Positions 36,930 to 51,125 of a stretch of DNA of 64,000 nucleotides are shown here, one piece after another. Positions within the stretch are counted from its first letter, which is position 1. The number at the start of each line of letters is the position of its first letter. Source of the stretch: Octopus vulgaris (Eukaryota); assembly GCA_951406725.2 (NCBI GenBank), contig OX597815.1, forward strand, positions 116,374,001 to 116,438,000, in the 5' to 3' direction. Under the pieces are notes generated by a model, which did not search any database, was not told the origin of the DNA, and saw only the letters and a program-made list of their open reading frames with translations. The translations under genes were made by a program, and so were the position numbers.

Positions 36930-37440
36930 CATGGTGGCTGCCCCCTCGTTATCGAGTATGGCCATTGCACGAAGCTTAATTAATGTTGTTATCGTGCAAT
37001 GCCTGTGCAAGAAGATTTTTTTTAAAGTGAGGAAAGGCTGTGCACTGAGTCAATCCCACTCACTAAGCAACAGCAGCCATAATCCGAAAAGAAGAACAAG
37101 TCAACATTATCGGTAACCACTGAGCCGCAGGTTTTATGTCGGAGTTATCCCAGTTTCCTGAGTTACCTTCTCCTAGAAGGATGCCCTAACAAAGGCTAGG
37201 AGTCCTTCACTCCCAATGGTTTAACCACACGATCGGGTATTCAGTCCGATTATTTCTATGTCCCTGTGCATGATACAGCCTTAAGACATTTATTGGATGG
37301 CCGTTGACTCTCAAGAGTTCCTCCGCCCTTTGACGGGTTTTGTTTTTCATCCCACAGGGTGTCCAATAAACACCCTCCTCACCAAGCAAGCTTGGTGGGG
37401 TTGCCGATTTAGTCACCAACGACCCGACCATGCAACAGGT
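36930..37440 (-). mobile_element. Non-autonomous bipartite RTE derivative (5' UTR fused to 3' tail)
   Basis: Contains GCCTTTGTTAGGGCATCCTTCTAGGAGAAGGTAACTC (RTE 5' UTR-like) and ends CATACTCGATAACGAGGGGGCAGCC (RTE 3' stem-loop-like); no ORF; CpGs retained. Confidence 0.5.
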
Positions 37441-38197
37441 ATACATACATGTATACAATCATATATATGCCTGTGTGTAGATATATACATATTTATGTAC
37501 ATATACGCTTATCGGACTCTACATACCATGGACAAGAATCATTTTTACCCATTCTACACAACACCTTCCTTGGATAATAGAACTGCAACTGCAACATATA
37601 TTTTACTTTTATTTTTATTATTATCAGAAGGGCTTATAGGAAGGGAATAGCCATGGCTCTTTGGCTTGACATAATGAAACACATTTTAACTGCCACTACT
37701 TAAAGAATAATTATGTAAACTTCTACTTGTAATTGCTTTTCATTCACAAACTTCAGCTATCTAATTAGTTGTTATTCAACAGTTAACTACAATGCCAGTG
37801 GCTTTAACTCAATCTCATGATTATTTAGTAGCACCATGAGAAAATATTGAAGGCAGTGAAATTTCTTGCACATTTTTGTAATATGCCACCATATGGTTGG
37901 TGTTAGGCTATAGAAACCAAGTTAAAACACACTGGAGCCTGGAATAGCTCTCTGACTTACCATTTTCAGTCAAATTGTCTAATCATGCCAGCATGGAAAA
38001 CGGACATTAAATGATAATGATGATGATGGAAATAAAACAAAAAATGTTGCTTGATTACAGATTGTGGTGTCATACATAATGCAATAAACATCTCTAAAAA
38101 ATGATGATGAAACAATGGAAAGCAGTGTATTATCAGTATAATAATTTTAGTAAACGATATTGCAATTTTCATCTTGAGTTTCATCATCTTCAAAGAT

Positions 38198-38585
38198 AGG
38201 CACAGGAGTGGCTGTGTGGTAAGTAGCTTGTTTACCAACCACATGGTTCCGGGTTCAGTCCCACTGCATGGCACCTTGGGCAAGTGTCTTCTACTATAGC
38301 CTCGGGCCGACCAAAGCCTTGTGAGTGGATTTGGTAGACGGAAACTGAAAGAAGCCCGTCGTATATATGTATATATATGTATGTGCGTTTGTGTTTGTGT
38401 GTCTGTTTGTCCCCCTAGCATTGCTTGACAACTGATGCTGGTGTGTTTATGTCCCCATCACTTAGCGGTTCAGCAAAAGAGACCGATAGAATAAGTACTG
38501 GGCTTACAAAGAATAAGTCTCAATTAAAGGCGGTGCTCCAGCATGGCTGCAGTCAAAATGACCGAAACAAGTAAAAAGAAAAAAA
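38198..38585 (+). mobile_element. Full-length tRNA-derived SINE (GGCGCAGGAGTGGCTGTGTGG family) with CR1-like tail
   Basis: A box TGGCTGTGTGG, B box GGTTCAGTCC, CORE-like ACCTTGGGCAAG, internal microsatellite, tail GGCGGTGCTCCAGCATGGC..GAAACAAGTAAAA. Other copies or fragments near 12343, 21235, 22770, 23280(-), 23850(-), 40755, 42350, 54085. Confidence 0.85.
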
Positions 38586-38759
38586 AGAAAGAAATATCTA
38601 CTTTACTTCATGTTTCACAGCTTTGAGATATCTTTAAAAATATGATGTTTTAAAAAATATTTTTCACAGTTTGTTTTATCATACCTAGAAATGTTTTGAG
38701 TGGTTATGACTTCAATTTTTATAACATATGGAAGTTAGACCACATTCATATCTGCCTGC

Positions 38760-38888
<129 letters not shown>

Positions 38889-39424
38889 CATCTATTCATC
38901 TATCCATCCATTAATCCATCTATTGTGTGTATGTGTATTTTTATGTATATGTATATATATATATATATATGCATATATTACACACACACTCACATCATAT
39001 ACATATATATGTGTGTGTGCGTGTGTGTTAAATACACACACATATATTGATAGATATATTGGTATATGATAGATGAAAGAATTAACATAGATTATTATTT
39101 TAGAATATATAGCATACTTTCCTTTGTTATTTGTTTTCACAGTCTATTTATCAAAGCTACTCCATAGTAAAGGATGAGTTTCACTATCATATTTATATCT
39201 CTATGCAACAATTAATTATTACATTATAGCGTGGAATTTTAAAGTTAAAATAAAGCTTTCTCAATGTCACAGCTGAGTCTCTGTGTCACAGCTGAATCAA
39301 TGATCTGAAAAAAAGCCAAAAGAAAACAGATAAACACCCTTCAAATTGTATCCTTTCTTGGGGAATGAACTGACACACTGGATAACATTGTCCTATATAT
39401 CTTTAAAAGTTGATGAACACATGC

Positions 39425-40603
39425 CAGTGGGAGAAACTAAAAGTAGTTATTAGCTTCTGCTACCTAGGCGGCCATGCCTGTAGTGAGGGTGGTTGCTCTG
39501 AGAGTGTAGCGGCTAGAATAAGAATAGCCTGGGCAAAGTTAAGGGAGTTCCTACCTCTGCTGGCAACTAAGAGCCAAGATGAAAAGTAGACTGTATGATG
39601 CAGGTGTGCTACACGGCAGTGAAACATGGGCTATGACTGCTGAGGACATGCATAGGTTTGAAAGTAATGAAGCTAGTATGATCCACTGGATGTGTAATGT
39701 CAGTGTGCATACATGACAGAATGTAAGCACCCTGAGTGAAAAGTTAGGCATAAGAAGCATCAAATGTGGTGTGCAAGAGAAATGACTGCGCTGGTATGAT
39801 CATGTGTTATGTATGGATGGGGACAGCTGTGTGAGGAAGTGCCACTCCTTAATTGTGGAAGGAAACTGTGGAAGCGATAGACCCAGAAAGACATGGAATG
39901 AGGTGGTGAAGCATGACCTTTGAACATTGGGCCCCACAGAGGCAATGACAGGAGACCGAGACCTTTAGAGATATGCTGTGACTGAGAAGACCTGGCAACT
40001 AAAATGAGATTGCAGCCATACATGTCTGGCCCAGTTAAGTGTACCCCTGATGCATCAGATGATATGATATGCTTAAGAAGACCAGTTGAGTCAAGTAAAA
40101 CCAGTATCATAGCTGTGGCCTGTGCCCCTGATTGGCTCCCATGCTGGTGGCATGTAAAAAGCACCATCCAAATATGGTTGATGCCAGGTCTGTCTGACTG
40201 GCTCCCATGCTGGTAGCACATAAAAAGCACCATCTGAATGTGGCCGATGCCAGTACCCCCTGACTGGCTCCCGTGCCAGTGGCATGTAAAAAGCACCATC
40301 TGAACGTGGCTGATGCCAGAACTCACTGGCTTCTGTGCTGGTGGCACATAAAAAGCACTATCCGAATGTGATCAATGCTATGCCTTCCTGACTGGCTCTT
40401 GTGCTGGTGGCAAGTAAAAAGCACCCATTATACCCTTGGAGTGGTTGGCGTTAGGAAGGGTGTTCAGCTGTAGAAACATTGCCAGATCAAATTGGAGCCT
40501 GGTGCTGTCACTGTCTCTTCAGACCTCAGTCAAACAGTCAAACCCATGCCAGCATGGAAAACAGACGTTTAACAATGATGATGATGATGATTATGATGAT
40601 GAT
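39425..40603 (+). mobile_element. RTE LINE 3' fragment with five ~66-bp 3' UTR repeats
   Basis: Collinear with 33020-34228; (GAT)n tail. Confidence 0.88.
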
Positions 40604-43600
40604 GTAGAAAAGGAATGACTTTGATCATAGTTCTTTTGAACCAGGACTGAACTAGGGCTAAACAAAAAAAATGTTATTTCACCATTGAAGCTCTTGCATT
40701 TTTTTTCTCTTTTATAATGACTTAGAGGTACAGGTGCAAGTATGGAATGATAGGGGCAGGTGTGGCTGTGGGGTAAGAAGTTTGCTTCCCAACTACATGT
40801 TCTCAGGTTCAGTCCCACTGTGCAGCATCTTGGGTATTGTCTTGTACTATAACCCCAGGCCAACCAAAGCCCTGTGAGTGAATTTGGTCAATGTCAACTG
40901 AAAGAGGCTAGGTGTGTGTGTGTGTGCGTGCATTTATTTTACCTTTTGTAAAAAAGGTAGTACTCATCATATATATTAAACAAAAATAAGTTAGAAGAAG
41001 AAACTTTGAGTAGCCAGTGGTATGTATATAAGTAACATAGACAAATACAGCTATATTAAATGCCATACAAAAATAAATACTTGATTTATTAAAATCATCT
41101 CTGCCTCTATGGGATGTATTTGCCTCTGTTCTCAATTAGGGCAAATGAGAACAGCTCGACATGAGAAAGGGAGATAATCTCTAGAATAAAGATTTCTCCA
41201 AAGTTGACATGCCATTGAAGAAAAAGGACAAGCTTATTGCTTGGACATAAGAAGACAGTTGTGGATATGTGTTTCTGCCTCAGTAAGCATCATCAGCACA
41301 ATAACTGTACTAACCCCTCCAACTTGTTTAATTTATGCAAATTAACTAGGTCGTAAATGTGTTCTGGAGGCATATGGCTTAGTGGTTAGGGTGTTGGACT
41401 CATGATCGTAAGATTGCGATTTCAATTCTTGGACCAGGTGACATGTTGTGTTCTTGAGCAAGACACTTCATTTCACATTGCTCCAGTCCACTCAGCTGGC
41501 AAAAAGGAGTAATCTGTGACAGACTAGCATCCAGTCCAGGTGGGGAATATATACACCATTGAAATTGGGAAACCGGCCCTCATGAGCCTGGCATGGCTTG
41601 AAAAAGAAATATTTATTTAACATTTTTAAATGTGTTCTACTCTTTTTGTAAATGTTTATACCTACGCTGGATGAAAATGATGATGATACATACATATATC
41701 ATCATCATTTAATGTCCATGTTCCTTTCTGGCTTTACACACACACACATTTTCCTGTTTGTGAAGATTATTCTAAAGCTTATTGATTGAAGCCTGTGAAC
41801 ATTCTGAATGCAAATGTGATATTGTTGTTAACTGTATAATGCTTATATTATTTAGCCAACTGGTCAACACCTACTAAGAAAACCAGCTGCACCTGTTGTA
41901 CTAAAGGGAATGAAACAATTTTTATTTGCACAATGTTCTCTTTGTCCAGTCAGTTAATCAAAACCCTATTAACTAGTCTAACTGTAACTAATATTGAAAG
42001 TTTCACATGTACATGCGGGCCTATGCAAGGTTTTTATTTCAGAGGGACTGGTAGTTTCCTATGTAGATAAATATCCCCTCTCCTATGTCACTGAATTTTA
42101 TGCAAGGAAGAAGCTACCAGCTTGGACCAAGACAATTTGACACCAGTGTCATTCACAGGTATTTCACTCAGAATGCAAAAAACCAGAATGGATATCACAA
42201 ACCATCTTACCCAACCCTCTGATAGCTCTACCAATCTACTATTCCGATTGGAATATCTTTATTAACTCCATAAAGAGAGCCGAGGTAAAGTTGACCTTGG
42301 CAGGATTTGAACTTTGAGTGCAGAAAGTTAGGACAAATGTTTTGAAGTAGGCACAGACATGGCTGTGTGGTAAGATGTTTGGTTGCCAACCACATAGTTC
42401 TTGGTTCAGTCCCACTGTGTAGCACCTTAGGTGTTTTCTACTATAGCTTCAGGTTGGCTAAAACTTGTGAGTGGATTTGGTAGATGGAAACTGAAAGAAG
42501 CCTGTTGTATATATATGTGTATGTGCTTGTGTTTGCATCTTGCTACTGCTTGACAACCAGTATTGGATTGTTTTTGTCCTTGAAAGTTAATGGTTCAGCA
42601 AAAACAGATCAACAGAGTAAGTAGTAGGCTTAAAAAATCATAAGTCTTGGGTTGATGTGTTCAGCTAAACCCATCAAAACTGTACCCCAGCATGGCCAAG
42701 GTCCAATGGATCAAACAAAGTAAAAGAAAAGAAAAAGATAGAAGCATTTTACTAACAGTCTAATGATTCTGTTAGTTTGCCACCTTAAAATAGTCACAAG
42801 CAGGAAATTGACATTTAATCATAGAAATATAATCAACTGCACTGTTATGGCTGTGTGGTGAAGAAACTTGTTCCCTGAACATGAGGTCTTGGGTTCAGTT
42901 CAGTCTTATTGCTTGTCACTTTGACCAAGTATCTTCTATTAGCCTTGGGTCAATTAAAGCCTTGTGACCGGATTTGGTAGATAGAAACCAGATAAAGTCT
43001 ATAGTATATTTATATGTATGTCTACGTGTGTGTGTGTACCTGTCTTAAAATCATGTGATGGTTGTAAACGAGCATCACCATCATACAAGCATTGTTGTCA
43101 GTTTCTAATTTTGTGTGAAAGACATGTCTCACCATGGGAAAATTTTACCTTATCTGGAAACAAGTAAGCATTGATAACAAGAAGGGCTTCCAGCTATAGA
43201 AAATCTGCTTCAACAAATTTCATCTGATCCATGCAAGCATGAAAAATTGAACATTAGATGATGATGATCTGTGGGTATGGCTGTATGGAGAAGTTCTCAG
43301 TGCAACTATATGGTTTGGGGTTATGCAACTACATGGCTAGGGTTTTAATCCCACAGAGTGACACCTTGGGCAATTCTCATCTATCACAGCTTCAGATTGC
43401 CAAAACCTTGTGAATGAAATTTCACAGATAGAAACTCTTTGTCCAATAATCTAAGGGATCATTCCACTCCTTAGGTGTTTGACTTGATTCATCTCCTGGT
43501 TTAAAACAAATACTTGTGTCTTTGATAGAATCTGCTTTTTTGAAAACATTTGGGTCAGATATCCTTGGTCTTGGAATGCCTTTAATAGAATTCACTAATT

Positions 43601-45070
43601 TGAAAGCATTTGAGACATATTTCCCATCTGAGGACATCTTCTTCCCTTTTCACTACCAGTCCCATAGACTCTGAGAGGGTCATAGGCACTGTCCTTCCAT
43701 CTCTGGTTAAAGATAAAAAAATAAAACAACAAAAGCAACATAGAATTACATAAACCCTTACTAAAACAAATTACTTCTTTTCACTAGACACAAAATACAT
43801 TTTATATAAGGGCTATAGTTTATTTGGTCAGCCTAGAAGGTTGTTTATAGCTTGATTTTCTCTGTCTTTTGTATCTTTATGATATAAGATTAAGAGGACT
43901 TGTAATCTGCTGCACTGAAAGGCTGTTCAATGCATGCCAGCATTGGAAATTGAATATTGAATTGATGATGATGGTGGTGTTGGTAGTGATGATGATGAAG
44001 ATGATGATGACGATGTGATGATGATGAAGACGATGATGACGATGATGATGATGATAGCAATGACAATGAGCCACAGTCAATGCTGCCAATGGTAATGATA
44101 ATAATGATGATGAAAGTGGTGACAATGACTGATGGTGATGATGATAAGGATAATGGCAGTCATGACAATGATGATGGTGAGAACTACATTGTCTTCATTG
44201 TCTGTAGTGAAATAAATATCCAAATTATAATAAAATCTAACTCAGGTGGTTGAGTAGTTCTGGCAGCAGCAGATTTAACATCAAGTAGTATTGCTGATGC
44301 AATAATATAGTATCATTAAACAAAGACGATCAATAAAAGCTGCATTAGATTATTAATAAGGAAGTACCCAGTGTCTTTGGTTGACAAGGGATAGGATAAA
44401 AGATTGAATGTAGATATGGAAAAGGAAGACAGGTTGTCAAGAACAACTATGAAACAAAAACATTCTATCAAAGCAATAGAGAAAGTAGACAGGAAAGGTA
44501 AGTACATAATGCGTTTATTATAAAGAGCACCGAATGATAAATAGAAGATCCAATTACGGATTACCTATCAAAAGACTGTAGACAATGTTGAGAATTATAG
44601 CAAATTCAAGATTGGAAGTCACTCCTTTGTGGATAAAAAGAGTAAAATTAGAAAAAAAGATATATCCAGTACTTTTAATAGAGATTGTGAAAGAAACAGT
44701 CTATCTTCCATCAGATTTTACGTTTAGTTTAAATGTTAATCATTTGCTGAAGGAAGTCATCATCACCATCACCATCACCACCACTGCCACCATCACTGCC
44801 GCCACCACCGCCGCCGCCGCCACCACCACCACCACCACAATTATGATAATGATGATCATTGACCACAACAACAACAGTAACAACATTGTCATCATTTTAA
44901 AGTTTGTTTTTTCATGCTTGCACAGGTTGTATAAAATTTATTGAGGCAGATTTTTCAATGGCTGGATGCTCTTCCTGTCACAAACCCTCACCTAGTTCCA
45001 AGCGATGTAGTATTTCCTTGCAGCCAGGCAAGTTCTTGCAGTATATTGGAAATGAATGATACTGCTTGTA

Positions 45071-46685
45071 TCATCATCATCATCATCATCATCATCGTTT
45101 AACGTCTGCCTTCCATACTGGCATAGGTGGGACAGTTTGCCAGGAGCTGTCCAGGCAGATGCCTGCAACAGACTTCTGTAACTGTTTTAGCAGGATTTTT
45201 ACAGCAGGATGCCCTTCCTAACACCAACTACTTTACAGTGTGAACTGGATGCTTTTTAAGTGGCACTTGAACTGATAGGGTCACCAAGTAACTTGCAAAG
45301 CAAAAATCATTTGTGAGGAGATGGAGCATTGGAGGAGGTGATCTTGTGTCAGATGATGAAAGGTTATAGTAAGACAGAGAGACAGAAACAGGCATAGAAG
45401 AGGTACAAAGTTAGCCAGCCAGAGAGAGAGAGAAAAAGATCAGGAATGAAGACAGAAACAGGGGTGCTGCTGCAAGGAGGTACATGGTTACCTAACCTGA
45501 GGGAAGTGCAGAAGAAGGAGAGAGAGAGTAGGAGACAGCAGGATAGAGATAGTGGCAAAGTGCCGGACATACAATGGATGGGGATCAGAGTATAAATGGG
45601 ATGATTGAGTAAAGCAAGAAAGAGATATAGATGGTGGCAAGTGCCAGAGCATACCCTTGTGGTTTGAAGGTCAAAACATAAGTGGCAGGATATTGTGAAA
45701 GGAGTGGAATTAGAGAGTGCAGAAGAGTGGAAAAGTGAGTGGTGAAAACCTGGGTATATATAGAGTGGCAGGAGTGGGGGCTGCTGGATAGCAATGATAC
45801 AGAGAAACAAGGCTGTGAGGACAGGATTGGGCAGTGAGAGGTAGGCATAGTGTATGAAGGGGGAAATGTGAGGAAGAGAAGAGATGTAAAGATGTAGATT
45901 GGTTTGTTGGGGTAGGGTGTGTGAACAGATTTCTTGTTACATGTGGGTGGAACACACAGGTCAGGGGCTAGCAGATAGCAATGATATGATATAGTGAGAC
46001 AGAGCCAAGAGGACAGGATTGGGAAATGGGAGGTGAGCCTAGTGCATGAAGTGGAAATGTGAGGAAGAGAAGAGATGTAGAGATATAGTTTGGTTTGTTG
46101 TAATAGGGTGTGTGAGAAGTTTTCTTGTTAAGTGTGGGTGGGACACACAGCATTTCTAGAACTCAGTTTTGCTGACATGGGCAGGTTTTCTCAAGAGCCT
46201 CATATAACCTGACATCTTGGTCCATTGTCACTTCCTCTGTGAGGCCCAACTTCATGAGATCAACCTTACCATTTCATCTCACATCTTCCTAGGTTTCCCT
46301 CTTTTGCAGGTACCATCCACTTTCAGTGACAGGCACTTCTTTATGCAACTGTCCTCATACATATGCATCACATGGCCAAACCAATGTAGTCTTCTCTCTT
46401 TCATGCTGCATTTAATTCCTCTTATGTCCAACTTTTCTCTCAATACATTTGCACTTTGTCATACGTGTGTGCTGCTTTTGTGCATACAATGGAGCATACT
46501 GCCTCCATTTCTCTCCAGTCTACTCATGTCTTCTGCATTCTGAGCCCATGTCTCACTACCATGGAGTACAGCCATTCACATGCAAGCATCATACAGTCTA
46601 CCTTTCTCTCTGAGAGAGAGTCCTATTGTTGCCAACAGAGGTAATAGCTCTCTGAACTTCCTCCACCCAATTCTTATTCTAGAAA
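45071..46685 (-). mobile_element. RTE subfamily copy with long pyrimidine-rich 3' UTR
   Basis: RT C-terminus at 46190-46685, tail (CAT)n at 45071; reverse-complement homology to 60355-62072. Confidence 0.8.
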
Positions 46686-47574
46686 CAATACTTTATGACA
46701 GTAATAATCATTTACAACTTTTATGTGATGTCAAGACAAGACAATAAAATCACACATGCACACAAACATATAGACACTTATAGATGCATGCATACATTCA
46801 TATATCTGTGTGTACATACATACATTGTGCTTTTCAGTTTCCCTCTACCAAATCCACACACAAGCCATTGCCAGGCAATAGGACTGACCCCAGGATCATG
46901 TGGTTGAGAAGCCAACTTCTTAACACGCAGCCATACCTGTGCCTGTAGCCTGCACATGTATTATTTGAAACTTGCACATGACACATTGTTTCACAAACAG
47001 AGTGTATAGTATTCTGTTTCATTGAAATTGAATCATAATACTTAAAAGAAAAAGAAATGAAAGCAAGGTTACATCATCATCATCATCATCGTTTAACATC
47101 TGTTTTCTGTGCTAGCACGGATTGGGAAATGAAATACTTATTACTGTATTTGATAGCATAACATACAAACAAGCATATTAGACAAGCCTCAATTTCAGCT
47201 GCGCATTTTCAAGGAGAAAAAAGTTTTGCTGCATTAAAGCATGTTATATGGCCCCAATTTTGCATATTGGACCTGGGATGATTTTTAAGACTAATCTTTC
47301 AAAAAAAAAGGTACATGCTGTATGCCATCAAATACAATACTTTATAACCTGTAATATTATGTATATTATTGCTGAGTTTGAAAGCTGTGCTGAAGAAGTG
47401 GATACTAACACCTATTTATTGATATATCATTAAGTAATATTTGTGGCCCTATGGGCCTCCTGGGTCTTGGTGTTGTAGCAATCATAACATGTTTTAAGAT
47501 AGCACTGCTTATAATATTCAGTATGTCTTGAGCATTTTAACGAGGCAGAGCTGCCAAGTCTATCTAAAGCCAAT

Positions 47575-47618
<44 letters not shown>

Positions 47619-48113
47619 AGTGCAAAAGAAAGAAACGAAGATTGGGGGAGAGGAGAAAAAACAAATTGTTCACAGGTACTTTATTGATCCCAAGGGCTGA
47701 AAAGCAAATTTGAGTGCTAAGAACACAAAGAGTCAAAATGAATACTGTAAGACAAAAGCATTTTACCTGACACTCTAATTACACTTCTAGTTCACACACA
47801 CACATCATCATCATCATCATGTATGTATGTATGTATGTATGTATGTATGTATGTATGTATGTATGTATGTATGTATGTATGTATGTATGCATGCATGTAT
47901 GTATGTATGTATTATATGTATGCATGCATGTATAAATTGTTTAAAGTAGTGTACAGATTTTATATATTAAGAAAAAGGAGGTAGTCAGAATTTTGGATAA
48001 TTATTTATTTAATGCTTCCATCTCATTTCGGAGAATCATCAGAAATTTACAGAAATTTTATACCTTTTATATATATGCAAGGTAGTTGAAAAAATCAGAG
48101 GTTGAATATGGGA

Positions 48114-48149
48114 TCTATATGTGTGTGTATATATATGATGTATGTATGT

Positions 48150-48203
<54 letters not shown>

Positions 48204-49207
48204 GTATGTGTGTGGTGAAATTTTGGAGGTTTGGTTAGAGGGTGAAAAAAAAGGAAAGAAAGAAAAATCCAAAAGAACAGAAAACATTCTCTGCCAGAAC
48301 CCCAGATTTGTTTCAGCTACCTCACATCCTGATAATACTAAAACTTTAGGGATCTTTGTGTGTAACTGAAATATCTCAGAAATAGTATATTTTATCTTAA
48401 TTTTTTTACATATTTATTTTCATACTTATTGTTGGCAGTGCAGTGCAATTTTTTGTGACATTTGAACCTCTATTTAAATGATTAAATACAATTTTTTGTT
48501 ATTTCTTGATGAAAAAAATACATGACTTCCATGATTTCAACACACATACAGAATACACACACATATAATGAATGCCCTGGTATGTCAATCAACACAAATA
48601 AATGTTCACTATCTGTGACACATACACACACATTGTCTTCGAGCTCTCTAAGAAAAAAAAAAACTGTTGTTTTTTTGACATACACAATATTTTAATCATT
48701 TAGAAATATTTTTAACTGAATGTGACTTCACCATCTGGAGTTCATTAATTTCTGTAAAATTTATTTATTTATTTATTTGTGTTTTAAAGTGAAAGAGAGG
48801 AGAAAGTGAAAGATGTATGTATGTGTATATGAAATGGATGTGAGTGTGTGAAAGACAGAGAGAGAGAGAGAAAGAAAGAGAGAAAGGAAGAGGGAGAGAA
48901 AAAGAGAGACAGAGTGAGTGAAGGGGTGTGTTGTCATGTCCATTTCATATACATATTTATACATCTTTCACTCTCCCCTCACTTTCACCTTAAAACAAAA
49001 GTAACAGGTGATTTTCAGGATAAAAATTGTTTAAAAAAAGCTTCTACTCATGTAAATTGATTAATATTATTTGGATTGTTCCAATTAAATAAGGCCTGAA
49101 GTTAGGTTAAATATATAGAAATGCATAAGTACTGTGAATTCCCATTCTACAAACTGGCAAACAGTTCCATGAATACTTTACCGGGCAAGGCTGGGTAGTA
49201 AGTCTAG
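48114..49207 (+). mobile_element. Non-autonomous Helitron-like element
   Basis: A|TCTATAT start; 3' hairpin ACCGGGCAAGGCTGGGT followed by CTAG|T. Confidence 0.5.
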
Positions 49208-49358
49208 TATGGATACAAAACATATGAAATTTCTGCAAAGATATCATGTCTGATGATTCTCAAAAATGAAATGAAAGTGCTAAATAAATCATTATCCAAA
49301 ATTCTAATTACCTCCTTTTTCTTAATATATATATACACACACACACACACATATATAT

Positions 49359-49412
<54 letters not shown>

Positions 49413-50212
49413 ATGTATAACATCATCATCATCATCATTCAATATCCGTTGTCCATGCTGGCATGAGTTGGACGGTTTGACCAGGGCTGGCAATCTGGAA
49501 GGCTGCACTAAACTTCAGTCTGATTTGGCATGGTTTCTATAGCTGGATGCCCTTCCTAATGCCAACCACTCTGAGAATGTAAAGAATGCCCTTACATGCC
49601 ACCAGCACAGGTGCTATTTGTGTGACACCAGTATCTACCACAACTGTGATTTTACTTGGCTTGATGGGTCTTCTTCTCAAGCATGATATAATACCAAAGG
49701 TCTCAGTCTATATATACATAAACCTTTATACATGATGATACATATCTAGCACTCAGTCAGTTGCAACGACAAAGGTTCAATGGAACAGCCTGCTTATGAA
49801 ATTAACATGTAAGTGGCTGAGTACTCCACAGTCATACATACATTTAATGTAGTTCTCAGGGAGACTCAGCATGGCACAATGTGACAAGGCTGGTCCTTTG
49901 AAATACAGGTACAACATATTTTTGCCAGCTGAGTGGATTGGAGCAATGTAAAATACAGGACACAACGCATTGCTTGGAATTGAACTCATGACCTTATGAT
50001 TGTGAGCTGAATACTCTAACCACCAAGCCATGTGCCTTCACATACATGCACACATACATACATATGTATGTATGTATGTATGTATGTATATATAGATATA
50101 TATATCTATATATACATGCATATATATATATGCATATACATACATGCATACATACATACCTACATACATACATACATACATACATACATACATACATACA
50201 TACATACATACA

Positions 50213-50244
<32 letters not shown>

Positions 50245-50454
50245 ATTACATTGAGAAAGAATATGATTAATCAGAAATTCTCTCACAGAGTTAAGTCTTG
50301 CACCTAGAAGTGCTCAAGAGGAACTTGAGACAAAAGATATAAATATATAATATGAAGAAACATAAGACCAGGTAATTTAATTCATAAACATGACTCCGAT
50401 TTCAGATGAATTTAAAGAACAAATATATACATTAAAATATATATCATCTCTTTG

Positions 50455-50950
50455 CAACAGCTCAGCTACTGGGAAAGGCTGAAACAGCTAAGACTCTATT
50501 CCCTGGAGTGAAGGCAGGACAGGTATGCAGTAATATACATTTGGAAGATCCTGGAAGGAATTGTGCCAAATTTTGGCATTGTAAACTACACCAATGCCAG
50601 AATGGGTCGACACTGCATAGTGCCAAAGATCCCAGCAATGCTATTGCACTTCAGGACCAGTTACTGCAACAGCCTGTGTTTCAGGGGCCCACAGCTTTTT
50701 AATATTCTCCCAAAGAAGCTGAGGAATCTCCACAAAGTAGATGTCAGCGTTTATAAGTCAAGACTGGACCTCTTCCTGTTGAGTCCCAGATGAACGTACC
50801 TCATGGCAAGAGGTGTAAATGAGGGTAGCTACATCAAACTCCATTCTACACCAAGTGCCATATATTAAAGGAAGATCTCAGTAAATAAAGTGTAGCAAAA
50901 TGGCGGTGCTCCAGCATGGCCACAGCTATGAGCTGAAACTACAAAAAAAA
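50455..50950 (+). mobile_element. CR1-clade LINE 3' end
   Basis: LSYWERLKQLRLYSLE*RQDRYAVIYIWKILEGIVPN...RGPQLFNILPKKLRNL...YKSRLDLFL; tail GGCGGTGCTCCAGCATGGCCACAGC..GCTGAAAC-A-rich. Confidence 0.85.
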
Positions 50951-51032
50951 AAGAAAATAATAACTACATAGACATTTAAAAAGAATCTATAAATAAATAA
51001 ATATATTAAAATATATATATACACACACATAT

Positions 51033-51098
<66 letters not shown>

Positions 51099-51125
51099 GT
51101 GTGTGTGTGTGTGTGTGTATATACA

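Noticed and set aside
40128-40426. Pistol ribozyme or preQ1 riboswitch
   Set aside because: P1 plus the A-rich linker is similar, but pistol P2/P3 and preQ1 ligand-binding residues cannot be placed.
43422-43705. Possible minus-strand host exon
   Set aside because: There is a good acceptor, but every frame from it hits a stop, and there is no recognisable homology or donor.
44300-44750. Coding-like purine-rich stretch with AG|GTAAGT
   Set aside because: Several in-frame stops; no family recognised.
47380-47412. 19-nt match GAAAGCTGTGCTGAAGAAG to the element B hammerhead 5' half
   Set aside because: No downstream GAAA or CACAG; at best a remnant or a chance match.
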